From contig CP045477.1 of the NCBI GenBank assembly GCA_009392915.1, positions 775,633-839,632 of the forward strand: a DNA stretch of 64,000 nt, in the 5' to 3' direction. Shown piece by piece: positions 59,653 to 64,000 of this stretch. A program made the translations under genes and the position numbers. The first letter of the stretch is position 1; every line of letters starts with the position of its first letter. The notes beneath the pieces were generated by a model. The model had not been told where the DNA came from and ran no database searches. It worked only from the letters and a program-made list of their open reading frames with translations. Source of the stretch: Candidatus Forterrea multitransposorum CG_2015-17_Forterrea_25_41. Its GTDB lineage: Archaea > Iainarchaeota > Iainarchaeia > Iainarchaeales > CSSED10-239.

Positions 59653-60132
59653 ATGAAAATAAAAAAAGCAATATCTCCATTAATCGCAACTATTTTATTG
59701 ATTGTTGTTGCTGTAGCATTAATTGCAATCGTTGTTGCTTGGGGAAAATCTTTCACAACAGACAGTCTTTCTGATGCAACAGGTGTAGTTGACACAAGTT
59801 GTATGGGTGCTGCAATCCAATTATCAAATTGTATGATTAACGATTCAAATAATTTAGTATTTTACGTTAAAAACACTGGTACAGTAGATATTTCTGCTGG
59901 AGATGATTTAATATTAAATATTAGAAACACATCAGATGGTAATTCAACATTAAATTTACCTTTATCTGAAACTGCAACAACAGAATGGGCAGGTTTAACT
60001 CCTGGACAAACTGCATTAATTACAGTTGATGATGCAAACTTCCCTGGAGCTGCAACAGGAAGATACGATGTAGAAGTAATATCTAACTATTGTGCTTCAG
60101 ATGCAGTTGCACAAATCAAAAACTGTCAATAG
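59653..60132 (+). CDS. Archaeal type IV pilin-like protein, paralogue 2
   Basis: MKIKKAISPLIATILLIVVAVALIAIVVAW, four Cys, ends NCQ. AGGTGA ribosome-binding site upstream. Confidence 0.65.
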   Translation: MKIKKAISPLIATILLIVVAVALIAIVVAWGKSFTTDSLSDATGVVDTSCMGAAIQLSNCMINDSNNLVFYVKNTGTVDISAGDDLILNIRNTSDGNSTLNLPLSETATTEWAGLTPGQTALITVDDANFPGAATGRYDVEVISNYCASDAVAQIKNCQ

Positions 60133-60222
60133 ATGTATATAATAAAAAGAGACTTTCTTTATAATTATAAAGAAAGTTTTTCTTTTTTTATTTTTTTTTA
60201 AATTATAAATTTTGAAATTTTT

Positions 60223-60666
60223 ATGAAAAAAGCAATAAGCCCTATAATCGCAACTATTTTATTAATTGTAGTATCTTTAGCATTAGTTGCTATACTTTTA
60301 TCTTGGGGTTCTGATTTTGTTACAAAAAATACAAGTGAAGCTGATAACGCTGTAAATAAAGAATGTGTTGGAGCATACATTGATTTTGTTTCTTGTATTT
60401 ATAATGTTTCAGAAGAAACAATTACTGCAAGTTTTATTAATTCAGGTAATATTGATTTTGATAGTGATTATAATTTTAATGTAACAATTATTGATAATGC
60501 AAAACAAGTAGATTTCTCTAACAATGATGTTTTAGATTCAAATGGTCTTTCAAAAGGTGAATCAAACTATTTTATTATTGAAGATTATAATGGTGTACGT
60601 CCAATAAAAGTTCAATTAAGAAGCACTCAATGTCCTTTAAGTTATTGGGAAACTAAATGTTCTTAA
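60223..60666 (+). CDS. Archaeal type IV pilin-like protein, paralogue 3
   Basis: MKKAISPIIATILLIVVSLALVAILLSW, four Cys, ends KCS. Confidence 0.65.
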   Translation: MKKAISPIIATILLIVVSLALVAILLSWGSDFVTKNTSEADNAVNKECVGAYIDFVSCIYNVSEETITASFINSGNIDFDSDYNFNVTIIDNAKQVDFSNNDVLDSNGLSKGESNYFIIEDYNGVRPIKVQLRSTQCPLSYWETKCS

Positions 60667-61160
60667 ATTCTTTCTAATTTAATTTTTGTAATTTTATCTT
60701 CTTGATCAATTATTGCAATTACATATTTAGTTTTTATGCTATTTGCAAGCCTTTCAGATTTTATGACTTTTGTCATTTCGTCTTTATGTGTTTTTTTAAC
60801 ATCTACCACATATTTTGTATGTTGATGTGTTTTACTATTTCCTTCATAAACTCTAAAATCAAATCCAAAAATTGCACCATCTTTAACAATAAATCCTTTT
60901 TCTCTAAAGTCTTTATAAACTAAATATTTATCTGTAAATTCTTTGATATATTTTTTAATATGTTCTTTTAATTGAGTTATTGTTATTTCTTTTTCATCTT
61001 TTGTTATTTTTATTTTTTTAGTTTCTAAAAGAAAATAACTTTCAAATAAATCTAAAATTAATAAATCTTCTTTTTTAGTTCCAAATCCTTTTTCAATAAG
61101 TCTTGATTTAAGATTATTTGATGTAACTATACATCTTTTTCCATCAATATAAGCATTCAT
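60663..61160 (-). CDS. endA: tRNA-splicing endonuclease (short, homotetramer-type EndA)
   Basis: Catalytic C-domain KGFIVKDGAIFGFDFRVYEGNSKTHQHTKYVV (EndA Y...H...K pattern). 165 aa. Confidence 0.7.
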   Translation of the reverse strand: MNAYIDGKRCIVTSNNLKSRLIEKGFGTKKEDLLILDLFESYFLLETKKIKITKDEKEITITQLKEHIKKYIKEFTDKYLVYKDFREKGFIVKDGAIFGFDFRVYEGNSKTHQHTKYVVDVKKTHKDEMTKVIKSERLANSIKTKYVIAIIDQEDKITKIKLERI

Positions 61161-61177
61161 AATTTAAAATTCCTTTT

Positions 61178-61471
61178 TTATTTATAAAGTGTAAACATGT
61201 TTCTGTCTATGCCATAAAATAAACCTATTCTAACCCCAGCATCTATCCATCCATAAGCATAAGAAAAAGATGCTAGTGCTCTTTTAAAATCTTTATTCTT
61301 TTGAAAAACTTTTCCATCTTCAAGATAGTTAGTTGCCATTTGGAAATAATCTTCTGCCATGTCTTTTAAGAAAGATTCGTTTTCTATGTTTATTTTTATT
61401 GTCTTTATTGCTTTTTCTAAAAGTTCTCTATATTTTTCAGAATATTCTTCAATCTCTGTATTCATCAACAC
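61178..61471 (-). CDS. DUF357-like small archaeal protein
   Basis: C-terminal SFSYAYGWIDAGVRIGL resembles the conserved GW(L/I)DAG segment of the family. Overlaps the dph5 3' end. Confidence 0.35.
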   Translation of the reverse strand: MLMNTEIEEYSEKYRELLEKAIKTIKINIENESFLKDMAEDYFQMATNYLEDGKVFQKNKDFKRALASFSYAYGWIDAGVRIGLFYGIDRNMFTLYK

Positions 61472-62180
61472 TCACTTTTTCAAATTCATTTAAATCTGCA
61501 CAAATAACTAAACTTTGAGGTTTAGGGTATTCTTTTAATTTTTTATAATCCTTAAAATTAAAAGTAATTATTTTTTCATTAACAGAACCCATACCAGAAA
61601 GCATAGCACATGTTTTATTTTCTAATTTTTTATCAGTATCAATTTCTTCTAATAATTCACAAGCTTCTTTTGCTGACATAAATCTATTTTCTATAACTTT
61701 AATATCAAGAAGGCATAATGTGTGTGCATTTATTTTTAAGTTATCTAAAATTAGATCATAGAAGCTTTTAGGAAAATAATTTTTTTCAGGATATACAATA
61801 GATACTGTTTTTCCAAATTTATATTCATAAAGTCCAAATGACCCTCTATAGTTAAAAATTGAAATACCTGCAATAATTTTGTATTCTATATCTCTTTTTT
61901 TTAGTTCCTCTAAAAGAGAGTAATGTGTGGTTGCAGATAATGGGTTTCCAATAACTAAAAGACAAGAATCATTCTTTAAATATTCTTGTTTTTGTTCAAG
62001 TTCAGTTCTGTTTAATTGAATAATATCTTTTCCAAGAGTTTCTTTTAGTTCTTTTATTTCTCCAAAAGATAAAATATTTGTATAATTATCAATATATACT
62101 TCTTTAGATTCTAAAATTGCATTTTTTGCTTCAAGACTTAATTGTTTTGTTGTAAGTCCAATTCCAATAATATAAAACAT
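61449..62180 (-). CDS. dph5: Diphthine synthase (Dph5)
   Basis: MFYIIGIGL...VYIDNYTN...LLVIGNPLSATTHYSLLEEL...IIAGISIF matches the tetrapyrrole-methylase-fold diphthine synthase. Confidence 0.8.
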   Translation of the reverse strand: MFYIIGIGLTTKQLSLEAKNAILESKEVYIDNYTNILSFGEIKELKETLGKDIIQLNRTELEQKQEYLKNDSCLLVIGNPLSATTHYSLLEELKKRDIEYKIIAGISIFNYRGSFGLYEYKFGKTVSIVYPEKNYFPKSFYDLILDNLKINAHTLCLLDIKVIENRFMSAKEACELLEEIDTDKKLENKTCAMLSGMGSVNEKIITFNFKDYKKLKEYPKPQSLVICADLNEFEKVSVDEYRD

Positions 62181-62181
62181 A

Positions 62182-62541
62182 TTAATACTTAACTCCTATT
62201 TCTATATATATTTCTTTATTAGAACTATTAATATATTTAATGTTTTGAGAAATTATTCTGTATTTATTATTTTTTTTATTAATTTCTTTTTTTTTACTAT
62301 TAATTATTATATATCCTTCTGTTGTTGGGAATAATAATTTATAATTTTCTTCTAATTGTTCAATAGAATCTATTTCTAGTTTTTGAGAAGTTATTAAAAG
62401 ATCAGATATTCTGTTATTAATTAATATTTTTTCTGCACTTTCAATATTTGGTACTTGTAAAATAAACCCCATTATTCCAACAAATAATAACGCAATGATT
62501 GCATCTATTGTAAACATTATTCCTTTATTCACAAAAACCAA
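62182..62541 (-). CDS. Small pilin-like protein (class III-like signal peptide), 4th of an overlapping set
   Basis: MVFVNKGIMFTIDAIIALLFVGIMGFIL: charged N-region, Gly, then a hydrophobic helix. Confidence 0.35.
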   Translation of the reverse strand: MVFVNKGIMFTIDAIIALLFVGIMGFILQVPNIESAEKILINNRISDLLITSQKLEIDSIEQLEENYKLLFPTTEGYIIINSKKKEINKKNNKYRIISQNIKYINSSNKEIYIEIGVKY

Positions 62542-62929
62542 CCTCTAAAATCGAAAATTTATTTTTATAAATTATTCCTCTATTATGTTTATTTTTTATT
62601 TCACCATTTTTTTTATATATCTGGTCATTATTTATTTTAATTTCACAAAAGTAAGGCTTAATTTTTTCTAAATTTTTTATTTCTATTTCATTAGCAAGAC
62701 ATTTTTTTGTTTGTTGATTAATTTTTCCTAGATAATTACAATCTAATAAATATATATCAATTAAAAAATCATTTTTTATAATTTCTATTTCTGTTTCTTT
62801 AAAAGAAATATTTTCTTTATAGCTGATGATAATTTTTGTTTCAATAGATAATATAATTATTATAAGAATTATAAATATTAAAACATCAAGTATCATTACT
62901 TGTGCTTTTTTTTGCTCTACAAGCATCAT
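62525..62929 (-). CDS. Small pilin-like protein, 3rd of the set
   Basis: MMLVEQKKAQVMILDVLIFIILIIIILSI. Confidence 0.35.
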   Translation of the reverse strand: MMLVEQKKAQVMILDVLIFIILIIIILSIETKIIISYKENISFKETEIEIIKNDFLIDIYLLDCNYLGKINQQTKKCLANEIEIKNLEKIKPYFCEIKINNDQIYKKNGEIKNKHNRGIIYKNKFSILEVGFCE

Positions 62930-63122
62930 AGACTAATACTCCATTATTTTTAGTTAACATTTTTTCTTTAATAAAACAGATTTCCTGATTAATATTTTTA
63001 AAATTAATTTTTTCTTTTAAAGTTTCTTTAAAATAAATATTTGTGTTTATAAATAAATAAAGAGTTATAAGTATTATTAAAAAAGCAAATATAAATTCAA
63101 GAGAAACTTGTCCTTTTAACAA
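62886..63122 (-). CDS. Small pilin-like protein with G|QVSLE(+5) motif, 2nd of the set
   Basis: MLKGQVSLEFIFAFLIILITLYLF: Gly at -1 and Glu at +5, as in bacterial type IV pilins and pseudopilins. Confidence 0.4.
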   Translation of the reverse strand: MLKGQVSLEFIFAFLIILITLYLFINTNIYFKETLKEKINFKNINQEICFIKEKMLTKNNGVLVYDACRAKKSTSNDT

Positions 63123-63610
63123 AAGACCACCTCTCTTATAAAATAATTTTTAGGAAAATTAAATGTTTCTTGATAGTTTCTGTTTTTTACAATAAATAAT
63201 AATTGTTTATTATAAAAAATCCCTCTTGTAATATATGCTTCTTTAATTAATATTCTTTCAGATGGTCTGTAAATTATCACTCTTATTATTTCTGTTGTAT
63301 CTAATAAAGTAATTTTGTTTTTTTCTTTAGAAATAGTGTTTTGAATATAGAAATTATTTTTATTTCCATATTCAAAAATATTGGAGCTTATTTTTTCTTT
63401 AACAACTAAAGGATTGCTTTCACAATCATTAAGTGTATTTTTAATGGTTTTTTCAAAGTTGTAATAAATATTTTCTTTTCTAGTTTCAATCTGTTTAATG
63501 ATTATAAGATCAGTGGTTTCATTTAGGTTATTTTCGAGAGTTATAAATAAAAAAAAGAGCATAAATAGAAGAATAGTTATAGAGGCAAAGGCTTTTTTAG
63601 ACACTGCCAT
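63116..63610 (-). CDS. Small pilin-like / N-terminally anchored protein, 1st of the set
   Basis: MAVSKKAFASITILLFMLFFLFITL. The start codon directly abuts the 24-bp palindrome. Confidence 0.35.
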   Translation of the reverse strand: MAVSKKAFASITILLFMLFFLFITLENNLNETTDLIIIKQIETRKENIYYNFEKTIKNTLNDCESNPLVVKEKISSNIFEYGNKNNFYIQNTISKEKNKITLLDTTEIIRVIIYRPSERILIKEAYITRGIFYNKQLLFIVKNRNYQETFNFPKNYFIREVVFC

Positions 63611-63634
63611 ATATTATGTATTAATACATAATAT
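63611..63634. promoter_or_regulatory. Perfect 24-bp palindrome ATATTATGTATTAATACATAATAT immediately upstream of the minus-strand pilin-like operon start
   Basis: Exact reverse-complement symmetry, verified base by base. Lies between a TATA-like box (gaattataaa on the minus strand) and the start codon. Confidence 0.45.
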
Positions 63635-64000
63635 TTATAATTCTTCTTAATTTTTTTAATTTTTATTTAATTATTATAACTTCTTCTAAAATCAATTTCA
63701 CTTAAAACATCTATTAGCATATGACTGTGACTTTTCTTCATTTGTCCAATTTCCATTCTTTTAAGTAATGTGTTTTTAATATTGTTTAAAAACTTTGTTT
63801 CAAAATTTGAAAGTTCTCTTCTATATATTATTTGCATCTTTTAATCACCTTTTTTTATTTATTTAAAAATTTACTTTACAAAATAACAAGGGATTTATAG
63901 AATATATCTATTTTCAAGCAGAGGGTAGCTGGCCGAGAAAAGACTATTTTTTAAAATTCGAAGAATAATCTTTTTAAACTAAACCCTACATTATACTTTT

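Noticed and set aside
63665-63838. Unlisted 58-aa minus-strand ORF (MQIIYRRELSNFETKFLNN...) upstream of the palindrome
   Set aside because: Below the ORF-track length cutoff, no recognisable motif, and it could be a chance ORF in AT-rich spacer DNA. Noted because the palindrome could alternatively be its 3' hairpin.
63919-64000. Possible tRNA gene at the window end
   Set aside because: No 7-bp acceptor stem or canonical D, anticodon and T arms could be formed on either strand within the available sequence. Kept only as a low-confidence ncRNA candidate finding.
1-64000. CRISPR arrays, IS elements/transposases, integrases, rRNA genes
   Set aside because: No arrays of 25-40 bp direct repeats with unique spacers were seen. 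No transposase, integrase or recombinase-like ORFs, and no rRNA-like GC-rich conserved blocks. The only long repeats are the intragenic 250-bp coding repeats at 25.9-26.6 kb.

Overview
This window is a very AT-rich, gene-dense archaeal chromosomal segment. Its style (tiny intergenic spacers, overlapping stop/start codons, many proteins with class III archaeal prepilin-like signal peptides) fits a DPANN-type or other small-genome archaeon, though that placement is inference. Most genes are informational or housekeeping: aEF-1alpha followed by ribosomal protein S10, both DNA polymerase D subunits (DP2 and DP1), Orc1/Cdc6, primase large subunit PriL, Cdc48, RNA polymerase subunits Rpo6 and Rpo11, exosome Csl4, ribosomal proteins S3Ae, S15 and S17e, NAC-alpha, Pelota, KEOPS Bud32, Elp3, ThiI, Dus, Taw3, Dph5, tRNA-splicing endonuclease, SecF and SecD, signal peptidase I, SepF, and a bacterial-type MutS-MutL pair. 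No CRISPR array, IS element or rRNA is visible, and no confident tRNA. The accessory-looking content is surface-related. (a) A type IV pilus-like locus (57.3-60.7 kb) has two single-domain TadB/TadC-like platform genes and three tandem Cys-containing pilin paralogues. (b) Four overlapping small pilin-like ORFs (62.2-63.6 kb) sit directly beside a 24-bp perfect palindrome. (c) Two large pilin-signal adhesin-like proteins are present (22.9-24.1 kb with a LamG-like domain; 25.2-27.5 kb with tandem repeats of about 250 bp and a Gly-rich C-terminal domain). (d) A block of large secreted or anchored coiled-coil proteins lies at 2.1-9.9 kb. (e) A mini archaeosortase-like membrane protein is present. 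(f) An NEMF/Rqc2 homologue appears split into separate NFACT-N and NFACT-R genes about 36 kb apart. All calls come from reading the translated ORFs and the raw sequence; no database searches were run.
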